Source: Octopus sinensis
Taxonomy: Eukaryota
Reading direction: 5' to 3'
Assembly: GCF_006345805.1 (NCBI RefSeq)
Contig: NC_042999.1
Coordinates: 12,710,001 to 12,774,000 of the forward strand
DNA: 64,000 nt
Below the pieces are notes generated by a model. It did no database searches and was not told the DNA's origin. It saw only the letters and a list, made by a program, of their open reading frames with translations. The first letter of the stretch is position 1. Each line of letters opens with the position of its first letter. Both the position numbers and the translations under genes were made by a program. Below are positions 48,591-60,819 of the stretch, piece by piece.

Positions 48591-48755
48591 GCTGGCCATG
48601 TCAACTGTTCCTCACTACAGTGCAATCCTGTGACCTGCACTCATCCTTCCACTGATAAATGTTGTGATGTGTGTTATGACTGTGTCTATGAAGGCAACTC
48701 CATATCCAATGGCCACAGCTTTAAGAAAGATGCATGCCAGACATGTACATGCAGG
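48591..48755 (+). CDS. KCP: KCP-like exon 15
   Basis: ttttag|GCTGGC...TGCAGG|gtatgt; AGHVNCSSLQC...KCCDVCYDCVYEG...DACQTCTCR; 165 nt, phase 0 to 0. Confidence 0.93.
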
Positions 48756-49170
48756 GTATGTTTTATTTGGAAATATTTTCAAAGTGTTATTTATTTCACT
48801 GTTATTAATACAATGGTTCTCTGCTCAGTCTTTTGTAAGTTCAGGAGTTTCTAGCAGGGTTAGGGAATAACTTACATAGTTTCATATGGGACAATAATTT
48901 TACTCTTACCCTATTGTTTTACTTCAGTTGAAAATACTGACATTGTAACAGTTTAGAATACACACACACACACACACTCTCTCTCTCATTGGTTCCACAT
49001 TCTTCAAACTCTTGGAAATGGTTGTCGATAGAACTGAAGAAAATCTGGGCTAAAGTAGTTCCATTTTGCAAGAACATAAATGGAAGAACTGTTGAAAAAG
49101 AAGAAATAGAAACTTTTGAAATTTTAATTTGCGATTCTCAGTTTTCAATTTCTAAATGCTACAATTTCAG

Positions 49171-49264
49171 GATGGTAATGTGATTTGTATTAAAGAAAGC
49201 TGCCCTCCACTTAATTGTCCCTTGGCGGAAAGATTACCAGGACAATGTTGTGCTCAGTGTCAAG
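49171..49264 (+). CDS. KCP: KCP-like exon 16
   Basis: tttcag|GATGGT...CAAG|gtaaag; DGNVICIKESCPPLNCPLAERLPGQCCAQCQ; phase 0 to 1. Confidence 0.93.
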
Positions 49265-49377
49265 GTAAAGACACATTTCTTTTTCAAAACTGTTCTCTGA
49301 AGCCACCTGTTAACCCCTAAAAGCAAGTTGAATGATATCTATTTCCTGAAATTACTGTTATCATATTTGTTTTGCAG

Positions 49378-49551
49378 AATGTACTTATAAAGACCGTTCT
49401 TACAAGAATGGAGCAATGTGGTTCTCAGATGACGACCCCTGCACCTCTTGTATCTGCCATGATGGTTCCGTTACATGCTTGGAACTCCAGTGTATCGTGC
49501 CATGTTCCAATTACGTTGAAGAACCAGATCAATGCTGTCCTGTGTGTCCAA
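49378..49551 (+). CDS. KCP: KCP-like exon 17 (one whole VWC)
   Basis: ttgcag|AATGT...CCAA|gtaagg; ECTYKDRSYKNGAMWFSDDDPCTSCIC...QCCPVCP; 174 nt, phase 1 to 1. Confidence 0.94.
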
Positions 49552-49943
49552 GTAAGGCAATAAGTATTCTCAGCTTAATTCTTGTCTGTAGGAGCTGTGC
49601 AGAAATCGTTCAGTTTTGTGTTGTTAAAATTGTTTACGTTCAATACCAACTAGAAGGCACAAAATAGGCAACTTCTAAAAGTTTTTCCTCTTAAAATTTC
49701 TAATAAGTTTTCATACTTATGTAATTATACTGTGAACGTATAATTGATAAATGATGTAATTATTGAAGCAATATGATGGAATATTGAATTGAATGCCCTG
49801 ATTTCATCTCCCTATATAGAGGAATTCACCAGACCCATAGCAGGTTGGGATTCAGGGAGGCAGTCACACCACCCTCCCTTAACATTGATGTGAAAGGGCA
49901 TAAAATTTCTTACAGCTAATCACACTTTGTGTGTGTGTGTGTA

Positions 49944-49974
<31 letters not shown>

Positions 49975-49989
49975 TATACACACACACAC

Positions 49990-50830
49990 ATTCCATCCAC
50001 TACAAACACAGACTCACACTCCTATTTCAATTTCTCCTCCTCACACCAAGCCTTCCATCCCCTACTCTCAATTCCTCCTGGTTCTGCAGTGATGACTGTG
50101 ACTTTGAGACCCTGTCTCAACTCTCTACTTCACCTTACATTGGATATTCCCTCACCCTTATCCACGCTGCCCTTGCTTGGGTACAATCGATTGACCATGC
50201 CTCTACTCTCTCTCCTTGCACATGCTCTACCCTTACCTGCTTCCCTTTTCTCCTCATCACTCCTCCACTCAACTCCTTCAGTGCACCATTCCCTGAGCCT
50301 TCCTTCGACTCCAATTCGACCCTGCCACCTTACACATACTCCTTCCCTCCTTTAAATGAGCCCATAACTTGCATGACCTCCTGGTTCACAGTTTCTTCCC
50401 TACTCCTGCCTCCCAGCCTGGCTCCTTCCCCTTCTCTCACCCATGCTGTTGCACCTACCCCTACCTCTCCAACAGTGCTATCCTCACTGGCACCCACCAC
50501 CTCCCCTATCACATCACCAACACCTTTACCTGCACCTCCAGTAATGTTATCTACTGCATCTCCTGCTCTTTCTCTTTGTCCTTCCTTGTACATTGGTCAG
50601 ATGGGATGCTGCTTGGTTGACTGGTTTGCTGAGCACCTCCAAGACACCAGACTCGGCAGTGACACCCTGGTCTCACACCACTTTCGCTCCACTGGTCATT
50701 TGCAACAACATCTGTCTGTATTCGGATTATCTCTGCATAGAGGCCACCCAAACTCCCTCCTTCACTATGAACAGGAACTAATCTTCTCCCTTCATTCCTT
50801 TGCCCTTTATGTTCCCAACTCACCACCTCT
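49990..50830 (+). mobile_element. Penelope-like element remnant (RT thumb, linker, GIY-YIG endonuclease)
   Basis: IPYSQFL; PGSFPFSHPCCCTYP; FTCTSSNVIYCISCS..CPSLYIGQ...EH...HF...EQELIF motifs across frameshifts. Confidence 0.88.
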
Positions 50831-51800
50831 TTTCATCTAACACCAACCCCACACAAGTTCCCACACACCTTTATCTTTCAACCGCCCCCCCTCACTCACA
50901 CACCAGCACACCACCTACCTTAGTACCCTCACCAGATGACACTACTATACAAACACTCATACACACTATTCAACTCATTACTCACATCACACACACACAT
51001 ACACAAACTCAGAAACACCTTTCCACTCCATACACACCATTATCCACTCACCCATGCACACTCTTCAATAGCATCACCACACCACTATACGAGCAACCTT
51101 ACACACTGTTCAACTCAGTGCACACACACCATGCACACTCCCACACCCTCACACACTCACATGCATTCCCACTCGCACCAATATCTGACAAACCCCACCC
51201 CTACTCACACCATCTCACTCCTATACCACCTCCTAACCCGTATCTCTTGCCACCCCCACCCCATCTCACACTTATGCAGTCCCCCACAACACACAGCATT
51301 CACTCCAAAAAATACAAAATGCCTGAACACAGGCAATATACACACACAAACACAACACGCATAAACACAAACATACACATGCACACTATATGGTCACAGA
51401 CACACACACACGCACGCACACACACCACCTGAACAAGCACACATCAACTGCTGATCACCAGTGTTTGTACATCCACATGCATGTTAAACTCACACACATG
51501 TCCATATGCACGCACACACACATACACAAAACGCACATCACTTCAGACAACCTATACTCTAGGTTGCTTGTACACATACACACACACAGGCTCATGTTTT
51601 TGCACACGCACATGATAACCCCACACATATGTACACACATCCAAATGCACACACACATACACACCAGTACATAAAAGGCATATCACTCTACATACGCACT
51701 GAGTTACTTATACACACACACACAGGCAAAATACTCATGCACTCGCCCCCATTCACACATACACACTCAAACGCACCATTTTCACATACGCACATGCACT
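50830..51800. repeat. About 1-kb cryptic (CA)-rich low-complexity tract
   Basis: Imperfect CACA/ACTC/ACCA runs. Confidence 0.85.
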
Positions 51801-52060
51801 TGTGCATCTTAGTTAATTGAAGTCACCATTATGATTATTATTATTGTATCGCTTTTATTCAGCCTCTTTCTTCTAGCCATTTCATAAAAAGCACCCACTA
51901 CACCCTTGGAGTGGTTGGTTTTAGGAAGGGCATCAAGCTGTAGAAACATTGCCAGATCAGATTGGAGCCTGATGCAACCACTGACTCTCCAGATCTCAGT
52001 CAAACTGTCCAACTCATGGTAGCATGGAAAACGGATGTTAAAGAATGATGTTGATGATGA

Positions 52061-52146
<86 letters not shown>

Positions 52147-52213
52147 TGTATGTGTGTGTGTGTGTGTGTATGTGTGTGTGCGTATGTATATATATATAAT
52201 ATATATATATATA

Positions 52214-52746
52214 TCAAATCAAATGAAAATCAAATCAAATCAAATCAAACCAAATCAAAATAGATGAACATCAATGGAATTTGTATCTTTGTGGTACCAG
52301 TGCTGGTGGCACACAAGAAAACCATCCGAACGTGGCCATAGCCAGTACCGCATCGACTGGCCTCCGTGCTGTGGGCACGTAACAAACACCATCCGATCGT
52401 GGCCGTTCGCCAGCCTCATCTGGCACCTGTGTCGGTGGCACATAAGAAAACACCATCCGAGCGTGGCTGTCTGCCAGCCTCGTCTGGCACCTGTGTCGGT
52501 GGCACATAAAAAACACCATACGAGCGTGGCCGTCTGCCAGCCTCGTCTGGCACCTGTGTCGGTGGCACATAAAATCACTCACTACACTCTCAGAGTGGTT
52601 GGCGTTAGGAAGGGCATCCAGCTGTAGAAACACTGCCAGATCTGACTGGCCTGGTGCAGCCTTCGGGCTTGCCAGACCCCAGTTGAACCGTCCAACCCAT
52701 GCTAGCATGGAAAGCGGACGTTAAACGATGATGATGATGATGATGA
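52214..52746 (+). mobile_element. RTE-A young subfamily 3' UTR with three 62-bp units
   Basis: Begins at (TCAAA)n; near-identical to 30150-30720. Confidence 0.9.
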
Positions 52747-52769
52747 TATACATATATACTTTGACACTT

Positions 52770-54210
52770 TGATAGGTTTCGGGTAGTATTGGCCCAGGCT
52801 ATGCCTAACTTAATAACACCACCTGGTAAAGTCATTCAAATCAGGAATCAGACAAGATGGCCCACTCAAGGAGTGAGTTATTGTTTTTGGAGCCATATTC
52901 TGGTGTAGGATGTTTATCTGAAATTTTTTGTTGGAATCTGTCCAAAGACTTCTTGAACTTTATGGGGTTTATTCCTGCTTTCTGTTTTTGTGTAATGTTA
53001 AAGAGAGTGGGGCCAATTGAGATGAAATAATTGTGCTGTATTGTGGTTATGTGATGCAGGTATGATTTATGTTATGGCGGATAGCACAGAGTCCAAGTCT
53101 TGGGTGTATCTTAAAGGCGATACCAATATCATTTGAGCAATGCTGATGGAATATTTTCTACATCATGCAGATGATGTAGTGCTCATGCTGGCGTTGGAGA
53201 GAATAACGCTTGAGCTTTTCTAGTTGACCCCAATAGTCAAGGCCTGTCATGCTATCTATCTTTTTTGTAATTGACCTTTGTTTCATGTAGGGAGACCACA
53301 GTGGACAACAGCATTCCAGGTGGGGTCCAGCAAAAGTAGAGAAGAGAAGGATAATGGTGTGGATATCTCATGACTGGAAAGTTCTGAGAATTCTGGATCA
53401 CATTCTGCAGGCCATGTCAACATTGCTGTTTATATGAGTGGCCCAGCTTATGTTGTTGTCCACAATTTCTCCCAAGTCTCTGATGTCATTGAATGCCATG
53501 TGAGTTTCACCCGAAGGAAGGGAGTATTGGAGTTTCAGGGTATCCTCTCTTCCAAAGTAGATCAACTCAAATTTGTCCTCGTTCAGCAGCATATTATTCT
53601 TTTCCACCCATTGGATGACAGCCACTAAATCTGACTGAAGGCATGTCTGGTCACCCACTTCATTGATGACCTTTTGGATCTTGGAATCATCTGCAAAGAT
53701 TCTTATGTTACTGTGCTTGATGATGTCAGTAACATCATCGATGTAGATGATGAAAAGAAGTGGACCCAACATAGTGCCTTGTGGAATACCACTACTGACT
53801 TGGGCTGGGTTTGATTTTACTTCTTCGACTACACATGCTGGGTTCTGCCTGTCAGGAAACACACGATCCATTGTAGTAACTTTCCAGTAACACCAATGCT
53901 GGATAGGGTTTTTCAAAGGCGTTGCTGAAATCAAGGTAGGTGACATCAGTATTCGAGTCCTCTCCTAAAGCTCTCAAAATGTCATCAAGGTGATGCAGGA
54001 GCTGCGTTAGGCAGTCTGAACCCCAACCAACATGGGTGATCTCACCACCCTCTCAAATACCTTGATGACATGAGAGGTGAGCGAGGTTAGCCATTAGTTC
54101 ACTGCTAGGGACTTGTTTCCCTTTTTGAAAACTGGGACAATAGACTGGAACTGAAAGTTCTCCGGAATATAACCAGTATCCAGTGAGTTCCTCCTCAGAT
54201 TAGCAAGAAG
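52770..54210 (-). mobile_element. CR1/L2-type LINE RT remnant
   Basis: DFSNAF, SGIPQGTMLGPLLFIIYIDD, IFADDSK, RDLG motifs. Confidence 0.9.
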
Positions 54211-54970
54211 AGATGCATGTGACTGGGACATAAAAAGCACCATTCAAATGTTGGGCTTCACAGAGGCAATGTGGCCAATGCCGTTGGCATGTAAAAAGTA
54301 CCTGTTGAGTATTGGGCCTGATTAAGACAATGAGCCCGATGCTAGTGTCTTGTCACCTGACACCTGTGCTGTGGCATGTAAAAAGCACTTTTTGCATGTT
54401 GAACCTCACAGTGGCAATGACAAATGACTGAGACCTTTGGCATTATGGCCGTGCTTGAGAAGAAGACCCATGAAGCCAAGTGAAATTGTAGTCGTTGCAG
54501 ATACTTGTGTCACACAAATGGTACCCATGCCAGTTGTACATAAAAGTACCCATTACACTCTTGGAGCGGTTAGCATTGGAAAGGGTATCCTGTCGTAGAA
54601 ACCATGCCAAATCAGACTGATGCAGCTCCTCGGCTTGCCAACCCTGGTCAAACCATCCAACCCATACCAGCATGGACATCAGTTGTTAAAAGATGATGAT
54701 GATGACATATAAACACACACACACATGCACGCACATGCACACACACACACACACACACATATATGTCCTAGAATATCTATTTCAGTGCTGCAGTATTTGA
54801 GTTCTGTTCCTGTCAACTTGGATATTGTTTCAATTCCTGTCTGCTCCTGTCTAAAAATCCCTACAACACCACAAGTCAAATCAACTGACAGAAGAAATAT
54901 GGCTTTAGACTGAGAAAAAAAAATTTCTTATTAATGGCTTTTGAAATTCATAAAATATATTTTTTTTAAG

Positions 54971-55053
54971 GCTGCACCCATCAGGGCATTACTTACCAAG
55001 AAGGAGCCCAGTTCAATTTGAATAGCGACCCCTGTGAACCTTGCATTTGTGAG
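54971..55053 (+). CDS. KCP: KCP-like exon 18
   Basis: tttaag|GCTGC...TGTGAG|gtaagt; SCTHQGITYQEGAQFNLNSDPCEPCICE; phase 1 to 0. Confidence 0.92.
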
Positions 55054-56018
55054 GTAAGTCTCTGATTTCTCAAATAATCAAAAGAAATCCTTAGCTTCTA
55101 TGCTGTTTTCTTTGGCTAGCATTTATAATATGGAACCTCCCTTCTTGTCAAACCCTATGTCACTGTCCACTAGATGGCAGCACTGCAATATTTTATTGCA
55201 TACATGCTCTACATACCTACCTCTGTTTAATTCATCCGTCGTTCCACTCACCCATTCATCAAGTCTTCATGTGGCACCACATAAAGACACCCATGTAGTG
55301 TCACATAAAGGCACCCAGCACATTCTGTGTATAGTGGTTGGCATTAGGAAGGGCATCCAACCATAGAATCTATGCCAAATCAGATTGGAGTCTGGTGCAG
55401 TTCCCCAGCTTGCCAGCTCTGGCAATGATGATGATATGTAGATAGATATATAGGCAAGTATAGATAATGTATGGCTGTGTGGTTAAGAAGTCTGTTTCCC
55501 AACCATGTGGTTTCAGGTTCAGCCCCACAGCTCTGCATCTTTTTCTAATATAATCTTGAGTCAACCAAAATGTTATGAGTGAATTTTATAAATGGAAACT
55601 GAAAGGAGCCATAATTATCATCATCATCATCATCTAAATCTGGAGGGAGAAGGTACCGGAAGACATGGGAGGAAGTGGTGAGAAACGATAATTAGATAAT
55701 GAGCATCTCAAAGGAGATGACGAAGGATCCAAAGAATCAGTGATTTACTGACCCATCGACCTAAGTGAAATAAAGACCATAAATGCATGTCCCTTATGTC
55801 CATGCTCCCCCACCACCACACACACAATCTGTCCCCTACAACCCAACTTCTCAACAATCCCCTTCCCCCACCCATACTCAACACTTGTTGCATTCCCCTC
55901 CATCTAACCCTACCTGCACACGCTATCTCCCCATTGAATCTCTTCCTGTTTCATCATCATGCATGTATGTATGCTGACATCAGCAGTGTAATGAAGGTGG
56001 CTATCGCTACTATTTTAT

Positions 56019-56088
<70 letters not shown>

Positions 56089-56299
56089 TGTGTACAGTGC
56101 TCAGGTGCACTACAACTCATCTAAAGTGTATATATAATCAGGTGTAGTTTCGGCGGATTTCGGAAAGCATGAGGGCCTTAAAGGATGCAGTGTCATGGCA
56201 GTCAACAACTGACGCAGGCAGTTTATTCCATGCTTCAGCAACTCATCGTCATCGTCATACATCTATTTTCCCTGCTGGCGTAGTTTGGCTAGTTTTCAT

Positions 56300-57660
56300 C
56301 GGAGCTGACCAGCTGAAGACCTGCTCAGGTTTCCATTCGTCTGTTTTGGTAGGGTTTCTGTGGTCGAATGCCTTTCCTAATGCTCCTTTACAAAGTGTGG
56401 ACTGGGTGCTTTTACACAGTACCAGCATGGGTGTGTTTACGTGGTGCAGGTACAGGTACTTTTTTAAGTGGCACCAGCACCCATAAACCCACACAGTTAG
56501 GGATGCTCAGCTGGAGGGGGTCGCAGGGATTGAACCTGTATGCAAGAACAACCATGCTTTTCATTTAGCTTGATGTGTCTTTTCAAGCACAGCAAAGTAC
56601 CAGGAGTCTCAGTCCCTTGTCATTCCCTTTCTGAGTCCCATCATCTGTAGATCCTTTCTCATTACTTTGTCCCACCTCTTCCTGGGTCTGCCTCTTCCAC
56701 GTGTTCCCTCTACAATTAGAGATTAGCACTTCTTGATGCAATTGTCTTCATTCATACGCATTACATGGCCATACAAGCACAGTCTTCTCTCTTGCACACT
56801 ACATCTCATGCTTCATATACCTTGTTTTCCTCTCAAGTCACACTATTACATATGCACACTGACATTACCCACCCATCAGAATATGCTGGCTTCATTTCTT
56901 TCAAGCCTTCACATGTCCTCAGTTGTCACTGCCCATGTCTCATTGCCATGTAGCATAGCTGTTTGTGCACAGGCATCATACAGTCTGCCTTTCACTCTGA
57001 GGGAGAGGCTCTTTGTTGCTAACAGAGGTAGCTGCTCTCTGAACTTCACCCAGTCTATTCTTATTCTAGCAGTTATGCTTTCAGAACAATCTCCCTCACT
57101 ACTAACTTGGTCTCCTAAGTAACAGAAACTGTCTACTTCTAAAGACAGCTCCACCCTCAACATTTGAAGGAGTCTATTTTTGGTACATTCCTGGTGTTTA
57201 ATGTCCCTGCACATCTACCACGTGTAAAAACTACTTTTTCTGTTAGTCTTCCAGTGATACTGCTGCATCTCTTATGTGTCCATAGCTTGCACTGGGTGTG
57301 CACCTTATGGAGTTTCTTCCGACATCCCTGTACATGGTTGGCACAGCTACCACTAAGCACTTATGTATCCCAGCTTCCGAATTGCTCACCAGATAAGGAA
57401 ACAGGGGGCCCTGTCAAAGGCTTTCTCCATGTCAAAAAACCCAGATACATAGGTTTATTTTTGGCCCAGTATTTCTCCTGCAGTTGCCTCACCAGGGAGA
57501 TAGCATCGGTGGTACTTCTCCCTGACACAAATCCAAATTTGGGTCCACATTAGGTAGGCTCTCCTCCTATGCATTCTCTACATTTAGCAACCTTTGATAG
57601 TGGCACTTCCAAGCCTCCTTCTTCACAGAATCACTAACTGCAAGTGAGCCATTATTATCC
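56300..57660 (-). mobile_element. RTE-A-related copy with internal deletion
   Basis: KEAWKCHYQRLLNVEN, VDSFCYLGDQ, AMLHGNETW motifs on the minus strand. Confidence 0.85.
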
Positions 57661-58191
57661 ATGTGGACACATTTCTCTCCTAAATCGTGGTAGAGGCCTT
57701 GGTCTCGGGACCACTCATGACTAGAAACTGAGGTTGGGGGTAAGCAAGGGCATGCTCCCCATAGAAGATCCAGCTCCAAAAAGCCTCATAATAGCAAAGG
57801 AGAATGGGTACCAGTCAGCCCAAAGTTTGGGGTGGACTGCCTTCCTTGGTTGCTATGGCATTGAGGTTGATCCGGCCACCCTTTTTAACTGGGATAAAAC
57901 CTGGAATTAAAACACTTGATGATGATATATATATCTACTATATATTTGTGAAATGGGTGGACGTTGTCTCACAAGCAATTGGGCAGGCAAAAGTGTTAGT
58001 AAATGTGGTCGGATTGACATGAAAATTTGCACACCTATGTTAAAAGTGCTGGCGAGTTTGCATGGCAACTTTGAGATTGCTCAATTGAAAGGCGTGGCCT
58101 CTAGGGCAAAATTCTTCATCTTTAAAATGTGGCCCAAGTAGACCTGAATGAATACGGGTTATAATACAAATACATATATATATATATATAT

Positions 58192-58367
58192 TTGCCATGA
58201 TAAATCACTAGCCACTACACATTCTTTATTTTCCCTCCTTGTTTCTTTCTGTGGAAGAGCGTAGGCTTGAAATGTTAAAGACTTTTTCACTTTCTGAGTG
58301 TTATACAAATACATCTGTTTGTTGTCTACACCACCTGTCTTTGTCTTTTGTTTTTTTTGTGAATTCT

Positions 58368-58370
<3 letters not shown>
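58192..58370 (+). mobile_element. Second Penelope-like terminal fragment with hammerhead-like motif (58244-58281)
   Basis: UCUUU-CUGUGGA-A-GAGC-GUAG-GCUU-GAAAU-GUU-AAAGA; followed by about 70 nt (TA)n. Confidence 0.6.
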
Positions 58371-58443
<73 letters not shown>

Positions 58444-58705
58444 CATTTGGTTACAGCTGCAGTTATTGCAGTTTTGCAAGTGGTAGAAAGATCAATGTAT
58501 GAGAGTTTGGAGGGAAGATTAAGTTAGGAAATTGGTGGTACTACGTGTGTGTGGTGTGTTGGGGGGGGGGGAATGTTTCACTACCATTATTAATGCTGTT
58601 CATGCACAAACATTGTACAATCTACTTTTCACAATATGTATGTTTTTACATGTGTGTGTGTGTGTGTGTGTGTATTTATATATTATCAATATTATTATAT
58701 TTCAG

Positions 58706-58814
58706 AATGGAAAATTGAAATGTGCTCGACTATCCTGTCCAGACATGACAATGTGTCCTGAATTTCTGTTAGTTGACCCACAACCAGGGTTTTGCTGTCC
58801 AACATGTTCTGGCT
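58706..58814 (+). CDS. KCP: KCP-like exon 19
   Basis: tttcag|AATGGA...GGCT|gtaagt; NGKLKCARLSCPDMTMCPEFLLVDPQPGFCCPTCSG; phase 0 to 1. Confidence 0.92.
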
Positions 58815-59249
58815 GTAAGTGTTTATCTACACCAACTACTTTCTCTTCCCTTATACAATATCTTTATCTTCTTAGAAATTGCTTACCATTGTCATTAAAA
58901 GGTAGAAAAGAAATTAAACCTAAAATATTTTCTTGAGGTTTTGTGTATCCAAGTTCTTCTTTTGGCTACAGTGTTTTACAAAATTGTTGGTGATTTTCTT
59001 CTTTTTTTTTTCCCCTCAACTCTTTAGATACTAACCCACCTAATTCCCTCTCGGTCTAATGATACAAATTTCCTGCTTTAAAATAATCTAAATTAAAACC
59101 TTCCATCAAAATTCCATGTTAATATTACAAACATTATTCTGATAATGACGGTTATTTTTCGAAATTCTTCATTATTAACAAAGGCAGCGTATTTCAACAG
59201 AAATATTAATGAGTTGATGTAATCCGTCACATTTTGATCTCTCTTTCAG

Positions 59250-59332
59250 TTTCTACACAGTGTACTGCAGAACATGTTGGTGAAATAACTCAACCAAAGC
59301 CAGAAGATCTATGTCTCCATTGCAAATGCGAG
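59250..59332 (+). CDS. KCP: KCP-like exon 20
   Basis: tttcag|TTTCT...TGCGAG|gtaaaa; FSTQCTAEHVGEITQPKPEDLCLHCKCE; phase 1 to 0. Confidence 0.9.
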
Positions 59333-59760
59333 GTAAAAGAGAATTGAACTCACATATTGTTTTGTATTTTATAAATGAAATCAAATTTTTGATTAATTTC
59401 TTCAGCATGAAATCATTTTCATTTCAAGAAGTATGTCAAAAGCTATTTTCAATCTTTCAACAGTCATTTTCTCAAGTTTATTCTACTCAAAGGTTTTCCT
59501 TTATAAATCTCTCAGCTTCTTATATTTTTCTTGTTTACCTTTTGTCTATTTTATAGTTGCTAAAAAAGTTTGCTTCCCAACCAAAAGATTTGGGATCCAA
59601 TCTCACTGCATGGCACCTTGGGCAACTATCTTCTACTATAGTCCCTGGCTGACCAAAGCCTTGTGAGTGTATTTTGAGAAGGAAACTGAGAGAAACTCTT
59701 AATTATATATAAGAATTAATATAAACAGCTAGGTGCAATATAATACCATTGTGCCATATG

Positions 59761-59836
59761 CCCACGGGCATATGGCATAGAGGTTAAGAGTGCAGGCTAC
59801 TAACCCCAAGATTCCGAGTTCAATTCCAGGCACTGA

Positions 59837-59887
<51 letters not shown>

Positions 59888-59888
59888 C
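59761..59888 (+). mobile_element. tRNA-derived SINE head plus (AAT)n linker
   Basis: TGGCATAGAGG (A box) ... GAGTTCAATTCC (B box), then (AAT)n. Confidence 0.75.
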
Positions 59889-60729
59889 GAGAAGACCCGG
59901 CACTGTGCGTGAGAAGACCCGGCAAGACTAGTCAGGCCATAACCTGTGGCCCCTACCTGGGACGTAGTCAGTCCACCTGTGCATACCTTCCTTCTTGTGA
60001 CACTTGTGAAGACCTGTTGAGGCAAGTGAAAATCAAATCAAAAAATCAAACAAAATCAAAATAGATGAACATCAATGGAATTTGTATCTTTGTGGTACCA
60101 GTGCCGGTGGCACACGAGAAAACCATCCGAACGTGGCCGTAGCCAGTGCCGCACCGACTGGCCTCCATGCTGTGGGCACGTAACAATCACCATCCGATCG
60201 TGGCCGATCGCCAGCCTCATCTGGCTCCTGTGTCGGTGGCACATAAAAAAAAAACACCATCCGAGCGTGGTCGTCTGCTAGCCTTGTCTGGCACCTGTGT
60301 CGGTGGCACATAAAAACACTATCCGAGCGTGGCCGTTCGCCAGCCTCATCTGGCACCTGTGTCGGTGGCACATAAAAACACCATCCGAGCGTGGCTGTTC
60401 GCCAGCCTCGTCTGGCACCTGTGTCAGTGGCACATAAAAACACCATCCGAGCGTGGCCGTTCGCCAGCCTCGTCTGGCACCTGTGTCGGTGGCACATTAA
60501 AACACCATCCGAGCGTGGCTGTTCGCCAGCCTCGTCTGGCACCTGTGTCGGTGGCACATAAAATCACCCACTACACTCTCAGAGTGGTTGGCGTTAGGAA
60601 GGGCATCCAGCTGTAGAAACACTGCCAGATCTGACTGGCCTGGTGCAGCCTTCGGGCTCCCCAGACCCCAGTTGAACCGTCCAACCCATGCTAGCATGGA
60701 AAGCGGACGTTAAATGATGATGATGATGA
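59889..60729 (+). mobile_element. RTE-A young subfamily 3' UTR with six 62-bp units
   Basis: Starts at the last codons of the ORF (EKTRQD*); (GAT)n tail. Confidence 0.9.
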
Positions 60730-60776
60730 TCGAAAAATACCTTAGGAATGAGAACCCAGGTTCAAAATTTCCCCAA

Positions 60777-60819
60777 GACACCTGATGAAGGCTGGAGGAT
60801 ATATTAGCCAAACTGTGTT
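60777..60819 (+). ncRNA. Decayed minimal hammerhead ribozyme motif
   Basis: GACAC-CUGAUGA-A-GGCUG-loop-UAGCC-(G missing)AAAC-U-GUGUU; stems I and II still pair. Confidence 0.6.

Noticed and set aside
50373-51674. Ser/Pro/Thr/His-rich mucin-like protein ORFs
   Set aside because: Off-frame reading of a Penelope remnant and a CA-rich tract.
59761-59840. Functional tRNA gene
   Set aside because: A and B boxes are present but no complete cloverleaf or T-run terminator; treated as a SINE head, as are the other tRNA-like heads.
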